DNA from: Octopus sinensis
Lineage: Eukaryota
NCBI RefSeq assembly: GCF_006345805.1
Contig: NC_043024.1
Span: 11,594,001-11,658,000 of the forward strand
DNA: 64,000 nucleotides
Direction: 5' to 3'
Shown here: positions 13,271 to 26,699 of the stretch, in pieces
How positions within the stretch are numbered: position 1 is the first letter of the stretch
How the letters are laid out: each line of letters begins with the position of its first letter
Position numbers and translations under genes: made by a program
Notes under the pieces: generated by a model
The model's database searches: none
Seen by the model: only the letters and a program-made list of their open reading frames with translations
Told to the model about the DNA's origin: nothing

Positions 13271-14278
13271 AACAACAAACAAGATGACAAATATCCGTCA
13301 AATATAAATAATGGTATTTCATTTGTCTTTACGTTCTGAGTTCAAATTCTACCAATCTCTACTTTGCCTTTCATCCTTTCAGGGTTGATAAATTAAGTAC
13401 CGGTTGCGTACTGGGGTCGATCTAATTGACTGGCCACCTCCCCCCCAAAAATTTCCGGCCTTGAACCTAAAATAGAAAAGATTATAATCTATTTATGAAA
13501 ATTTCTTGTTGTTTAGTCCCAGTTGAGTTCTGATGAAGCTGAGCTTCATCTGAAAACATTCAGGTGTCTTAGTTTTCAGGTGCTGTGTAGTTGCTTATTA
13601 ATTAGTTGAAATTAAGTAACTTTTACTAAAGGAAAGCAAATATTTAAGTTTCCATTGTCTACGAAGTTCATAAGCATTCAGGTGTTGGAGTCGCTGTGTG
13701 GTAAGTAGCTTGCTTCCCAACCACATGGTTCCGGGTTCAGTCCCACTGCATGGCACCTTGGGCAAGTGTCTTCTACTATAGCCTCGGGCCGACCAAAGCC
13801 TTGTGAGTGGATTTGGTAGACAGAAACTGAAAGAAGCCTGTCGTATATATGTATATATATATATATGCATGTATGTATGTGGGAGTGGCTTTGTGGTAAG
13901 TAGCTTGCTTACAAACCACATGGTTCTGGGTTCAGTCCCACTGCATGGCACCTTGGGCAAGTGTCTGCTACTATAGCCTTGGGCCAACCAAAGCCTTCTG
14001 AGTGGATTTGGTAGACGGAAACTGAAAGAAACCTGTCATATGTTTGTGTGTGTGTGTCTTTGTTTGTCCCCCCACTATCGCTTGACAATCGATGTTGGTC
14101 TGTTTATGTCCCCGTAACTTAGCGGTTCAGCAAAAGAGACCAATAGAATAAGTACTAGACTTACAAAAAAATAAGTCCTGGAGTTGATTTGTTTTACTAA
14201 AGGCAATGCTCCAGCATGGCCACGGTCAAATGACTGAAATGTGTAAAAGAGTAAAAGGGTACCATTTTATTTTGTTAG

Positions 14279-14427
14279 ATTAAACTGCTCTGACCTCTAC
14301 CGGAAATATTCCAAGAATATCAATGCTGCTCACCCACTCAATGTGCCATGGATTCCACTCGATACACAACTTTTGACGCCTTATCACATTTCTAATGGAC
14401 GGATCCCAGCAACATTTAATCCAAAAG
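14279..14427 (+). CDS. ICE2: ICE2 coding exon (end of NARG2_C-like domain)
   Basis: tttgttag| ... G|gtaagt. Encodes (I)LNCSDLYRKYSKNINAAHPLNVPWIPLDTQLLTPYHISNGRIPATFNPK, a close match to ICE2 VPWVPLDPSLLLPYHIHHGRIPCTFPP. Confidence 0.92.
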
Positions 14428-14749
14428 GTAAGTAAAAGGATTTTATGACCTGTGAACAGTCATTTGCCATTTAACCATTTAATAACCAGATTAGTCTCTC
14501 AAATACACAGCTTATTTATTCACATTCTTTGGAATTAATCATACATTATCTTATAGCTTTGAGATTTCAATGATGTCATCATCATTATATATATGTGTAT
14601 GTATATATTTGTGTGTGTCTGTGTTTGTCCTCCCTTCATCACTTGACAACCGATGTTGGTGTGTTGATGTCCCCATAACTTAGTGGTTCAGCAAAACAGA
14701 CCCACAGAATAAGCCTGTGGTTTTAAAGTATGTGTTGTATTGTCTATAT

Positions 14750-14928
14750 CAGTGCTTTTCAACATTTTTGCTGGAGCGGAACCCCAAGGAAATATTCCAC
14801 TGGCTCGAGGAACCCCTGTGCAATAATTTAATTGTCCTATGCACACATATCTGCACAGGAGACTTAAAAATTACAGCCGATTTTAGCAGTTTTGTAACTT
14901 CTTGCGGAACCCTGGTTGAAAACCACTG
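14750..14928. mobile_element. hAT-type MITE
   Basis: TIRs CAGTG(C/G)TTTTCAAC and an exact 8-bp target-site duplication GTCTATAT (14742-14749 and 14929-14936). Confidence 0.85.
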
Positions 14929-16099
14929 GTCTATATGCTGAAAGACACACACGCAAACGACCAAACAAGAAAAACTATGTAGTATATATATATATACATC
15001 ATCATCATCAGCACAATGCTATATATACATCATCGTTTAATGTCTATATATATATATATATATATATACATCATCGTTTAATGTCTGCCTTCCATGCTGG
15101 CATGGGTGGGACCATGTATACAACACAGACCCTTTTGAAGTGTGTTGCATAGTAGTGTTGACAGAGTTGCACTTAAAATTCTCACATTTTAAATCAAAAC
15201 CTGATAGTTACTAGGGTGGCAACACTAGCTACCTATCTATTTTTCACTCTCAACAAATTTTTTCTTCTCCCCTTCTTCCCTCTCTCTACACAGACATTAT
15301 GGTCAGACAGACAGACAGAAATCATTTTCTCTTTTATAATATAACTAGCAGTGTAGCCCGGCGTTGCTTGGGTTTGTTTTTTAGTTGTGCTTAAAACGGC
15401 AGACTTTGATGTCGCGTTAACAAAGTTTTGACATAGTTTCAATCTATAGGCGCAGGAGTGGCTGTGTGGTAAGTAGCTTGCTTACGAATCACATGGTTCC
15501 GGGTTCAGTCCCACTGCGTGGCACCTTGGGTAAGTGTCTTTTACTATAGCCTCGGGCTGACCAAAGCCTTGTGGATTTGGTAGATGGAAACAGAAGGAAG
15601 CCCATCGTATATATGTATATGTGTGTTTGTCCCCCCAACATCGCTTGACAACCGATGCTGGTGTGTTTACGTCCCCGTAACCTAGCGGTTCGGAAAATAG
15701 AGACTGATAGAATAAGTACTAGGCTTACAAAGAATAAGTCCTGGGGTCGATTTGATCGACTAAAGGCGGTGCTCCGGCATGGCCACAGTCACATGACTGA
15801 AACAAGTAAAAGAGTAAAGAGTATGAATAAAAGTATAGTGTGGTAAAGGTCGAGTTTGCTCTGAATGTGCAGCAAACGTGTAATGCCGACTTCAGTTGTT
15901 GGTATTTTTGGTTAATATTCCTTCTATTAACATTATGGAGAAAAAAAAATTACCTGTAGATTTAAAGCAAAATGAAGCTAAAGTTTCGAACTGCACTGAA
16001 AATCTATTAAGAAGTTAAGACTGCAACAGTCTTCATTAAGAATAAAGTAGAGGAAAATCCGTCGTTCGCTCAAAACCAATGACATCACAAAAGAATTCT

Positions 16100-16842
16100 T
16101 TTCGACCGTTTAGAATTGGAATTTTTGAAAAGTAAAAATTTTGCATTATGTAGCTTGTTATTCTCTTTAAGTGAATATTTTTCTGGTTGAAATACACCGA
16201 AAAATGGCGACACAGCAGGCAAAAAATCGTAAAAAATAGGGATTTTCATAGAAAAGAAGCACCTTTTTGATGTAAATAATTTTTGGTGTTAACATGGTCC
16301 GATTTGAATTTTATCTTCTACGGAATGAAGAGCAAGCCTTCTTCTATCATACTCTCAATTTTGGTCAACTTGCACCGCAGGGTCTCGGAGGAGATAGTGT
16401 TAGTTGAAGGCTGCCAAACCTGCCACACACAGACAACTTCAGCTTTATATATATAGACTAGCCATATCGCCCGGCATTGCTCGGGTATGTTTCGACCCTT
16501 TAGAATTGGAATTTTTGAAAAGTAAAAATTTTGCATTATGTAGCTTGTTATTCTCTTTAAGTGAACGTTTTTCTGGTTGAAAAACACAGAAAAATGGCGA
16601 CACAGCAGTCAAAAAATAGGGATTTTCATAGAAAAAAAAGCACCTTTTTGATGTAAATAATTTTTGGTGTTAACATGGTCCAATTTGAATTTTTCTTCTA
16701 CGGAAGGAAGAGCAAGCCTTCTTCTATCATACTCTCAATTTTGGTCAACTTGCGTCGCAGGGTCTCGGAGGAGATAGTGTTAGTTGAAGGCTACCAAACC
16801 TGCCACACACAGACAGACAACTTCAGCTTTATATATATAGAT
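16100..16842 (+). mobile_element. Tandem Helentron/HINE-like non-autonomous elements (2 units)
   Basis: Unit starts ACTAGC..CGCCCGGC.TTGCTCGGG (subterminal hairpin) and ends CTTTATATATATAG; same family at 49880-50645 (+) and 50850-51560 (-). Confidence 0.6.
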
Positions 16843-18316
16843 TTGACTCATCTCATATGACTTAGTTTTATGGGTGTGTAAAACATGTGAAGCTGAGTCA
16901 ATATATATATATATGAGTGACTCAGCGTCACATGGAGGAGCAGGGTGTGTCTGTGCCCCCTTATCTTGACATCATGTGATGATAATTGTAGGTCAGTGGT
17001 GCTTCTTTCCAATTTTTTGAGAAAACAAACAGGCGCAGGAGTGGCTACGAACTACATGGTTCCGGGTTCAGTCCCACAGCGTGGCATCTTAGGCAAGTGT
17101 CTTCTACTATAGCCTCGGGCTGACCAATGCCTTGTGAGTGGATTTGGTAGACGGAAACTGAAAGAAGCCTGTCGTATATATGTATGTGTGTGTGTTTGTG
17201 TGTATATGTTTGTCTCCCAAGCATTGCTTGACAACCGATGCTGGTGTGTTTACGTCCCCGTTACTTAGCGGTTCGGCAAAAAGGGACCGATAGAATAAGT
17301 ACTGGGCTTACAAAGAATAAGTCCCCGGGTCAATTTGCTCGACTAAAGGCGGTGCTCCAGCATGGCCGCAGTCAAATGACTGAAACAAGTAAAAGTAAAA
17401 AGTAAGTAAAAGTATGTCTGGCTTTCCATCATCATCATTTAACATCCATCTCTTCCATACTTGCCCAGGTCAGATGGAATGATCCAAAGGATATTTTGCA
17501 GTTATTTTAAGCAAAGTATACCACGTTGCAAGTGTTCTCAGTTCATTTCTCTTGTTGTTTTATCCCCGGTCAGTCCCGTCCCGATTGAGTAGACTTTTGA
17601 TCGATGAAGATCCAACCGCGACGTTCCCATCATTTTATATATCTTGGATTACATTAAAGTGTCCTTCTTTGTTTTAAAATGAAAGAACGTGATTTGAAGA
17701 AGATTTAACAGGCGCAGGAGGGCTATGTGGTAAGTAAATTGCTGACGAACCACATGGTTCCGGGTTCAGTCCCACTGCATGGCACCTTGGGCAAATGTCT
17801 TCTACTATAGCCTCGGGCAGACCAAAGCCTTGTGAGTGGATTTGGTAGATGGAAACTGAAAGAAGCCCGTCATATATATATATATATGTATATGTATGTA
17901 TATATCATCATCATCATCATTTAGCGTCCGTTTTCCATGCTAGCATGGGTTGGACGGGTATATATATATGTATATGTATGTATATGTATATATATGTATA
18001 TGTATATATATGTATATGTATGTATATATATATGTATGTGTGTATATGTTAGTGTGTATGTGTTTGTCCCCCCCCCCCAACATCGCTTGACAACCGATGC
18101 TTGTGTGTTTACGTCCCCGTAACTTAGCGGTTCGGCTAAAAAAGAGACAGATAGAATAAGTACTAGGCTTACAAAGAATAAGTCCTGGGGGTCGCTTTGC
18201 TCGATCGACTAAAAAGGCGGTGCTCCAGCATGACCACAGTCAAATTGACTGAAAGCAAGTAAGAGAGTAAAAGGTATTTCTGGTAATGTTTCATTTCCTT
18301 CTGTTGTCTTTCACAG

Positions 18317-18390
18317 GTAAAAGAAAATGGAAGAAGAACAACTCTGGAACATCCTCACAAAAGACCGGGAAAAAAGCCAAGAGATCCTGA
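18317..18390 (+). CDS. ICE2: ICE2 terminal coding exon (basic, NLS-like tail)
   Basis: ctttcacag|, phase 1. Encodes GKRKWKKNNSGTSSQKTGKKAKRS-stop, with AATAAA 15 nt downstream. Confidence 0.75.
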
Positions 18391-18405
18391 TGTAAATATC
18401 ATGAG

Positions 18406-18411
18406 AATAAA
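18406..18411 (+). terminator. Candidate polyadenylation signal of ICE2
   Basis: AATAAA just after the TGA at 18388-18390. Confidence 0.5.
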
Positions 18412-19616
18412 AACTGTAAATAGTAATTTTGTCCTTGTTGTTTAGCCCTGGGTCAACCCTCATCCAGATTAGTCCAGCTATGACCTCTCTTTATTATTCC
18501 AACAAAATGGTGTATCTACAGCTAACATTGTCTTATTTGCTATTTGTTTAGCTTGTCCTATTTGCTATTTGTTTAGTTTGTCCTGGTTTCAGTTGTGAGA
18601 CTGTGGCCAGGCTGCGGCACCACCTTGAAGAATTTTAGTTGAAGAATCGTCCCTGGTACTTATGTTTTTTTTCAGTGGTTAGAGCGTCGAGCTTATTTAT
18701 GATTGTGAGGTTGTGAGTTCGAATCCCGTACTGGGCTGTTGTGTTGTGTTCTTGAGCAAGACACTTTATTTCATGTTGCTCCAGTTCACTCAGCTGTAGA
18801 AAAGAGTTGCGACATCACTGGTGCCAAACTGTATCGGCCCCTTTGCCGTTCCCTTGGATAACACTGGTGGTGTGGAGAGGGGAGGCCGGCATGTATGGGC
18901 GACTTTTAATCTTCCACAAACAACCTCACGATAGGTGAAAACCCACAGAATAGGAACAGTACCATCATCATCATCATTGTTTAACGTCCGCTTTCCATGC
19001 TAGCATGGGTTGGACGGTTCAACTGGGGTCTGGGAAGCCAGAAGGCTGCACCAGGCTCCAATCTTGATCTAGCAGAGTTTCTACAGCTGGATGTCCTTCC
19101 TAACGCCAACCACTCCGAGAGTGTAGTGGGTGCTTTTTACGTGCCACCGGCACGGGGGCCAGTCATGCGGTACTGGCAATGACCTCACTAGAATGACCTC
19201 ACTTTTACACGTGCCACCAGCACAGGTGCCAGTAAGGCGACTTTGGTAACGATCACGCTTGAATGTGTACAGTATATATTTTTTTATAGTATTTTTATAA
19301 TTTATATATATTTGCCCCTTATCAATGTAGAGCAGCTGAACCAGGCAGGTGTATGTGTATGTGTGTGTGTTTGTGTGTCTGTGTTTGTCCCCTAGCATTG
19401 CTTGACAACCGATGCTGGTGTGTTTATGTCCCCGTCACTTAGCGGTTCGGCAAAATAGACCGATAGAATAAGTACTGGGCTTGCAAAAGAATAAGTCCCG
19501 GGGTCGATTTGCTCGACTAAAGGCGGTGCTCCAGTATGGCCGCAGTCAAATGACTGAATCAAGTAAAAGAGTAATCAATGAATTTAGTACAACGAAAACT
19601 ACTGGGGTTGAAATAA

Positions 19617-19622
19617 TTTATT
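19617..19622 (-). terminator. Candidate polyadenylation signal of GRN
   Basis: TTTATT on + (AATAAA on -) about 265 nt past the GRN stop at 19887-19889. Confidence 0.45.
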
Positions 19623-19886
19623 CAAAGTCTTCAAGATGTGATTCCCAGCGTAAGTGTCATTCAAAGACTGAAATCAAATGCAAGAACACAAGACAAACAA
19701 AAAAACAAAGACTGCATGACATCAATAAGGCATTCAGTTTTTTTAATTGCTCAAACTATTATATAAAAATTAACGAAGAGATACAAAAAAATAAAATTGA
19801 AAGTAAATGAATAAAAAAAAAAAAGACAAGGAATTTGAAAGAATGAAAGAAGAAATGTAAAATGTTAACGTGACAGATTTTCATGT

Positions 19887-20033
19887 TTATGATGTTGCTC
19901 CAGCCTGGGCTTGTTTAGCGGTCTTCAATGGTGACATCAAAAATAAGAAACCTTTTTTTACACATCTCTTCTGGTTTAAATCACAAATGAAGTTTTCTGG
20001 GCAGCAGTGCATGTAATCAGCACAGCAAACAGC
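19887..20033 (-). CDS. GRN: Progranulin terminal exon (C-half of granulin module 4)
   Basis: cttttccag|, phase 0. Encodes AVCCADYMHCCPENFICDLNQKRCVKKGFLFLMSPLKTAKQAQAGATS-stop with the CC..D..HCCP...C...C granulin pattern. Confidence 0.92.
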   Translation of the reverse strand, partial: AVCCADYMHCCPENFICDLNQKRCVKKGFLFLMSPLKTAKQAQAGATS

Positions 20034-23000
20034 CTGGAAAAGAAAGGGAGACAGCAATTTAAGGGTCACTCTGTGTGGGAATGCAGAAACGGCTGTAGGT
20101 AGAAGCAACTGGGGCCCCAACCCCAACAGAACTTATTATAAAGCAGACAAGACCAGACTGTAATTTGCACAGATATAATCCTTAAAATCCTTAAAAATGT
20201 TTTAGCCCGAAGGCCGCAGCCATAAATGCACCCTTTTAAAGCCTAGCCAGGCTCATGGGCCCAGTTTCCCGGCTTCAATGGCGTATGTGTTCCCCAGCAG
20301 ATGGGATGCCAGTCCATCACAGCGTTACTCAAGAAACAGGAAGATAGGCGCAGGAGTGGCTGTGTGGTAAGTAGTTTGCTAACCAACCACATGGTTCTGG
20401 GTTCAGTCCCACTGTGTGGCATCTTGGGCAAGTGTCTTCTGCTATAGCCCCGGGCCGACCAATGCCTTGTGAGTGGATTTGGTAGACGGAAACTGAAAGA
20501 AGCCTGTTGTACGTGTATATATATATATATGCATGTGTGTGTGTCTGTGTTTGTCCCCCTAGCATTGCATGACAACCGATGCTGGTGTGTTTACGTCCCG
20601 TCACTTAGCGGTTCGGCAAAAGAGACCGATAGAATAAGTCCTGGGCTTACAAAGAATAAGTCCCGGGGTCGATTTGCTCGAGTAAAGGCGGTGCTTCAGC
20701 ATGGCCGCAGTCAAATGACTGAAACAAGTAAAAGAGTATAGAATGAGAGAAAGTTGGGGCGAAGAGTACAACAGGGGTCACCACCAGCCCCTGCCGGAGC
20801 CTTGTGAAGCTTTCAGGTGTTTTATCTCAATAAACACACACAACGCCCGGTCTGGGAATCAAAACTGCGATCCTCTGACCGCAAGTCCGCTGCCCTAACC
20901 ACTGGGCCATTGCGCCCTTTCAAAGCCTAGCCAGGCTCATGGGCCCGGTTTCCCGGTTTCTATGGTGTATGTGTACCCCAGTTGGACGGGACGCCAATCC
21001 ATCGCAGCGTTACTAATTTTTGCCAGCTGAGTGGACTGGAGCAACGTGAAATGAAGTGTTTTCCTCAAGAACACAACGCGTTGCCCGGTCCAGGAATTGA
21101 AACCACAATCTTACGATCATGATGCTGACACCCTAACCACTAAGCCATGCACCTCCACAATAATAATAATAATAATGGTTTAAAATTTTGCCACAAGGGC
21201 AGCCATTTTGGAGGAGGGAATTAATCGATTACATCGACCCCAGTGTTTCACTGGTACTTAATTTATCGACCACGAAAGGATGAAAGGCAAAGTCGACCTT
21301 GACGGAATTTGAACTCAGAATATAAGGATGGAAGAAACATCGCTATGCACTTTGCCTGGCGTGCTAATGATTCTGCCAGCCTGATGATAATAATAATAAT
21401 TACCCTGATGCTTGATAATAATAATAATAATTACCCTGATGATGATGATAATAATAATTACACTGATGCAATGGCTCTTGTGGCTTCTGATCTTAACTGA
21501 TTGGAAGTGTTATCATGTACATTGTTTTGTCTTGGTATAAAAGATGAGCTACAGCAAATATTCTGCTCAATACCACAGATTTGCTTGTCAGTTGTTTGAC
21601 CGTAACCAGTTGAGCATGTCCCTTAGTGGCTGACGATATGTGCATCTCTGATCATGAGCAGAAGTAGTGGGGGAGCATCATAGCCATGTGTTGAAAGGAA
21701 TTCTTTGGGGTTTGAAGAATTCACCTCTGGAAACATGAGTGTTTTGTTCATCATCCTTAAACACCTCTTATTCAGGGACGTTTTAAGTGGGATGGGCTAC
21801 TCGAATTGAAGAAAATTCTAACTGGCCCCACCTGCATGGGATGTATTTGCCTGGTGTATAAGGTAGAATAAGTATGAAGCTTCAAAAGAAATGCTTAGTG
21901 GTATTTCGTCTGCCGTTACATCCTGAGCTCAACTTAGCCTTTCATCCTTGCGGGGTTGATAAATTAAGTACCAGTTACGCACTGGGGTCAATGTAATCAA
22001 CTTAATCCCTTTGTCTATCCTTGTTTGTCCCCTCTGTGTTTAGCCCCTTTGTGGGCAATAAAGAAATAAGAATAAGTGCTGGGGTCAATTCATTCAACTA
22101 AAAATTCTTCAACCCAGTCTAGTGACTGAAACAGGTAAAAAGATACCTAAATCAATAGACAGGTACATAAATCGTTAGGTAAATATATTCAATGAGAATA
22201 TTTTATACTGAATTTAAATTAAGTGCTCAATTGTATCAAGCGGTTTAGCAAAAGAGACCGATAGAATAAGTACTGGGCTTACAAAGAATAAGTCCCGGGG
22301 TCGATTTGCTCGACTAAAGGCGGTGCTCCAGCATGGCCGCAGTCAAATGACTGAAACATGTAAAAGAGTATAAGGAAATTAATATCCAAACTCATCATAA
22401 AGATATACCCGTGTGAAAATACTTATTGTATTAAAAATATATATAAATAAATATATATAAAAATATATTTAAATATGTTGTATTTAGGAATGGTCATTTT
22501 GCCAGTTTAGCCAAATGACCATTCCTAAATATAACAATGTCTGTTTCAATACACGATTTCACATAAAAAATCTTGCAAAACAAATATATTTAAATTGTCA
22601 GTGGCACGTAAAAAGCACCATCCGAATCGTGGCCGAAGCCAGTGCCGTCTCGACTGGCTTCCATGCCGGTGGCACGTAAAATGCACCAATCTGACCGTGG
22701 CTGATGCCAGCCTCGCCTGGCACCAGTGCAGGTGGCACGTAAAAAGCACCCACTACACTCATGGAGTGGTTGGCGTTAGGAAGGGCATCCAGCTGTAGAA
22801 ACATTGCCAGATAAGTCCGGAGCCTGGTGCAGCCTTCTGGCTTCACAGATCCCCGGTCGAACCGTCCAACCCATGGAGAACGGACGTTAAACGATGATGA
22901 TGATGTATAAAAATATAATGTATAAATGAATTTTATAGTTTAAAAGTTTTGAATTAATTATTTAAAGCATCTTACGATACATAGAAAGTCAGAAAAAAGA

Positions 23001-24149
23001 ATCACACAAATAACTCAAGTAAAATTATGAAACAAAGAGGAGACAAATAATACACAGAGTCAGACAAGCGAAAATACAAAAGTGAAAAAGGTTAAAAAAT
23101 ATAAAGCAAACGAACAACAACCAAAGAAGTACATAATGAAGATAAAGCAGTAAAAGAAGAAAGAAGGAAATCTAACGCTTTGGGTGATGTTTATCAAAGA
23201 GAAGAAAAAGTATTAAGAGATGTAAGAGAAAAAGAACTAAATGATACTGCATGCATAGCAGGTCTGAGGTATACTATATATAGGTATAGGTGTGGTTATA
23301 TGAAAAGAAGCTTGCTTCACAACCACATGGTTGTGGGTTCAGTCCCATTGCGTGGCACCCTGGGCAAGTATCTTCTATCATAGCCTTGGGCAAACTAAAG
23401 CCTTGATTTGGAAGATAGAAACTGAAAAAAGACGGTTGTGTGTGTGTCGTGCCAGTGGCACTTTAAAAGCACCCACTACACTCTCGGAGTGGTTGGCGTT
23501 AGGAAGGGCATCCAGCTGTAGGAACTCAGCCAGATCAGATTGGAGCCAAGTGCAGCCATCTGGTTCGCTAGTCCTCAGTCAAATCGTCCAACCCATGCCA
23601 GCATGGAAAACGGATGTTAAATGATGATGATGATGATGATGATATATATATATATGTGTGTGGAGGCACATGGCCTAGTGGTTAGAGTAGCAGACTCGTG
23701 GTCGAGGGATCATGGGTTCGAATCTCAGACCAGGTGATGTGTGTTTATGAGCAAAACACCAAAGCTCCACGCAGTTCCGGCAGAAGGTAATGGCGAACTT
23801 CTACTGACTCTTTCGTCACAATTTTTTCTCGCTCTTTCCTCCTGCATCTTGCAGCTTACCTGCGATGGACTGGTGTCTTGTCCAGGTGGGGAACCTATAC
23901 GCCAAGGAAACCGGGAAACTGACCCCTATGAGCCAGGCATGGCTCAAGAAGAAACAAACAAACAACAACATAGATATATAAATATATATGTGTGTGTATA
24001 TCTTTCATCTTGCCTTTTAGGCATTTGCGGTTGATAAAATAAGTACCAGCTGAGTACAAGGATCAATGTAATCAACTTACCCCACTCCCTCAAAATTGCT
24101 GGTCTTGTGCCAAAATTTGACTTAATTATTATGTTGTTATTGTGAAGGA

Positions 24150-24480
24150 ACATGGCTCAGTGGTTAGAGCATCAGGCTCACAATCACGAGGTAGTGAGTT
24201 CAATACCCGGACCAGGCTGTCTTGTGTTCTTGAGCAAGACACTTTATTTCATGTTGCTCCAGTTCCTTCAGCTGTAGAAATGAATTGTGACGTTACTGGT
24301 GTCAAGCTGTATCGGCCCCTTTGTCTTTCCCTTGGATAACACTGGTGGCATGGAGAAGGGAGGCTGACATGCTTGGGTGACCGCTGGTCTTCCTCAAACA
24401 ACCTTACCCGGACTTGTGCCTGGGAGGGTAAGTTTCTAGGTGCAATCCCATGGTCAGTCATGACCGAAGGGGTTTATTTA
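24150..24480 (+). mobile_element. tRNA-derived SINE (family C, CTTGAGCAAGACAC central domain)
   Basis: TGGCTCAGTGG/GTTCAATACC boxes; related copies at 18675, 23660, 50660 and 53100-53390 (-). Confidence 0.7.
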
Positions 24481-25597
24481 TCTACAGCATTACCAAATAT
24501 ATTCTGTTTTGAGCAATTGGTAAAAAAAAAAGGATTCTACTACACTGAGGAGAGGCTATCCCCCGTCTGTGTCCAGCCCTGTGTGGCTAATAAAGAAATA
24601 TTTCCTTAGTACTCAGAAGACAATTAAAAAGGTTGCTTGTTTTTATAGACAACACGAACATGACAAGATATTCCGACAACAAACAAGGAAAAAGCAACAA
24701 CACGTAAACAGAAAGAGTAAAGCTGGAAAATTGAAGCAAAGCTGTGTGAAAGTGGGGTCAGATGTGGCACAGTGGCACACAGTCATATAACTAGTTTGGT
24801 ATTGTGTTTTTATTCTCTTCCATTTTAAGGCGGTGAGCTGGCAGAAACGTTAGCACGCCAGGCGAAATGCTTTATGGTATTTCGTCTGCCGCTATGTTCT
24901 GAGTTCAAATTCTGCCGAGGTCAACTTTGCCTTTCATCCTTTCGGGGTCGATTAAATAAGTACCAGTTACGCACTGGGGTCGATATAATTGACTTAATAC
25001 CTATGTCTGTCCTTGTTTGTCCCCTCTGTATTTAGCCCCTTGTGGGTAGTAAAGAAATAGGTATTTCATACAGTTCAAATTCTGCCACGATCAACTTTGC
25101 CTTTCATCCTTTCGGAGTTGATAAATTAAGTACTTGTTGCGTACTGGGGTCGATCTAATCAACTGGCCCCCTCCCCAAAAATTTCGGGCCTTGTGCCTAG
25201 AGCAGAAAAGATTTTTCTTTTCCATTTTATTTCGACACGTGCATTGCGTTTAAATTCTTCTGTTCCCTTTTACAAATTCAGTGTGCATTGTACGTCCATT
25301 CTCTTTCCAGCTCCTACTTGAAACAGATCATAACCAACTCCTGAGCACAAGTTTGTGTGGAGCACTTCCCGCTCTGATGGTTGTGGAAAAGTAAACAGTA
25401 AATAGAAGAATATTCCAGTCAAACAGGTAGTGTTGAAGATGGCCACACCAACAATAACAACAACGACAACATTTGCAGTTTAAGTGACCCCACTGTAGCC
25501 AATCCTACCCCAAATTATACAACAAACAGATCAAATAATTTTTCAGCCTGGCAACTGTTCTAAGTAAAAATGTAGCAGGGAAAATATTGTAAGACAT

Positions 25598-26066
25598 ACA
25601 GCATCTCGAAAGAGTCCAGAAGCTGGCTACCTGCATGGTTCATGGTCTCAAGAATTTGTCTTATGAAGAAAGGCTGAGGACGCTCGACCTTTATTCTCTA
25701 GAAAAACGCCGTTGCCGTGGTGATCTCATTCTTGCTCACAACATCATAAGCGGAAAGTGTAACCTCTCGAAAGAGCTGTTCTTCACTCCTGCTCCAGAGC
25801 GTCGGCTGCGGAGTCACTCCGAAAAGCTCTATCTGCGACGATTTCATCTCAATCGAAGGAGAGGAGCTTTCTCCGTCTGGGTTGCGGATCCGTGGAACAA
25901 GCTGCCAGACGAGATGGTGAAGATGCCGACGACCGCTTTGTTCAAAGTCTCCCTTGACCTCAAGTGGCCTGAACTCTTTACATGAACACCACCCTGTACT
26001 TAACTCCATGTCCCCCTACATGGCTTTGCTTTTTGCTTTTTGAGCCAAAAAATTAACTAACTAACT
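25598..26066 (+). mobile_element. CR1-like LINE 3' fragment
   Basis: LSYEERLRTLDLYSLEKRRCRGDLILAHNII...RRGAFSVWVADPWNKLP; ends in ctaactaacta. Confidence 0.85.
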
Positions 26067-26399
26067 AAGACTAAACAAAATTTCTTTGCGACAAGATTTA
26101 ATCCAATAAATAGTGCATATGACTGCAGCCATGCTGGAGCACCATTTTACAGGGTCACATGTACAAGCCCACCCGTGTCGGTGTTGTGTCAAAGCACCCA
26201 GTGCACTCAGCAGAGTGGTTGGTGTTACAAAGGGTGTCCAGTATGGTGCAGCTCTCTGGCTTACCATCTCTAGTCAAACCGTCTGACCCGTGCCAGGATG
26301 GAAGATGGACACAAAATGATGACGATGATGCAGAAACGAAGAAAACGAAGATCAACAACAGCAACAACAACAACAGCAAGGAATGGTAAAAACACTTAC

Positions 26400-26699
26400 A
26401 TTTGTGTAGGAACAACAACCCCAGACACCTGTGTTCATGGCACAACAGGTGTCATTTTCAGAGCATGAACTGTTGTCCGGACACAGGGTATCCTTCACAA
26501 GAGGCAGTGCTGCTGCTGCTTCTGATGATGGTGCCGAATTGCCGCCTTCCACTCGGGACATCATCCTCGACTGAGTCATGTCGTAAACAGAGCCCTTAGC
26601 GAGACGGTTAGTATCGTTCTGTAAGATGCAGGTTTGGCTGCTCATATCGCAGATGCTATTTTGCGGACAGCAGTGCAGATGGTCATTACAACAAACCGC
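26400..26699 (-). CDS. GRN: Progranulin exon (C-half module 3, linker, N-half module 4)
   Basis: ctaccgatag| ... AAT|gtaagt, 300 nt, phase 0-0. Encodes AVCCNDHLHCCPQNSICDMSSQTCILQNDT...DTLCPDNSSCSENDTCCAMNTGVWGCCSYTN. Confidence 0.92.

Noticed and set aside
26619-26621. Internal AG (cttacag|AAC) as the GRN exon start
   Set aside because: The frame extends upstream through AVCC..HCCP to the acceptor at 26700, which is needed to complete module 3.
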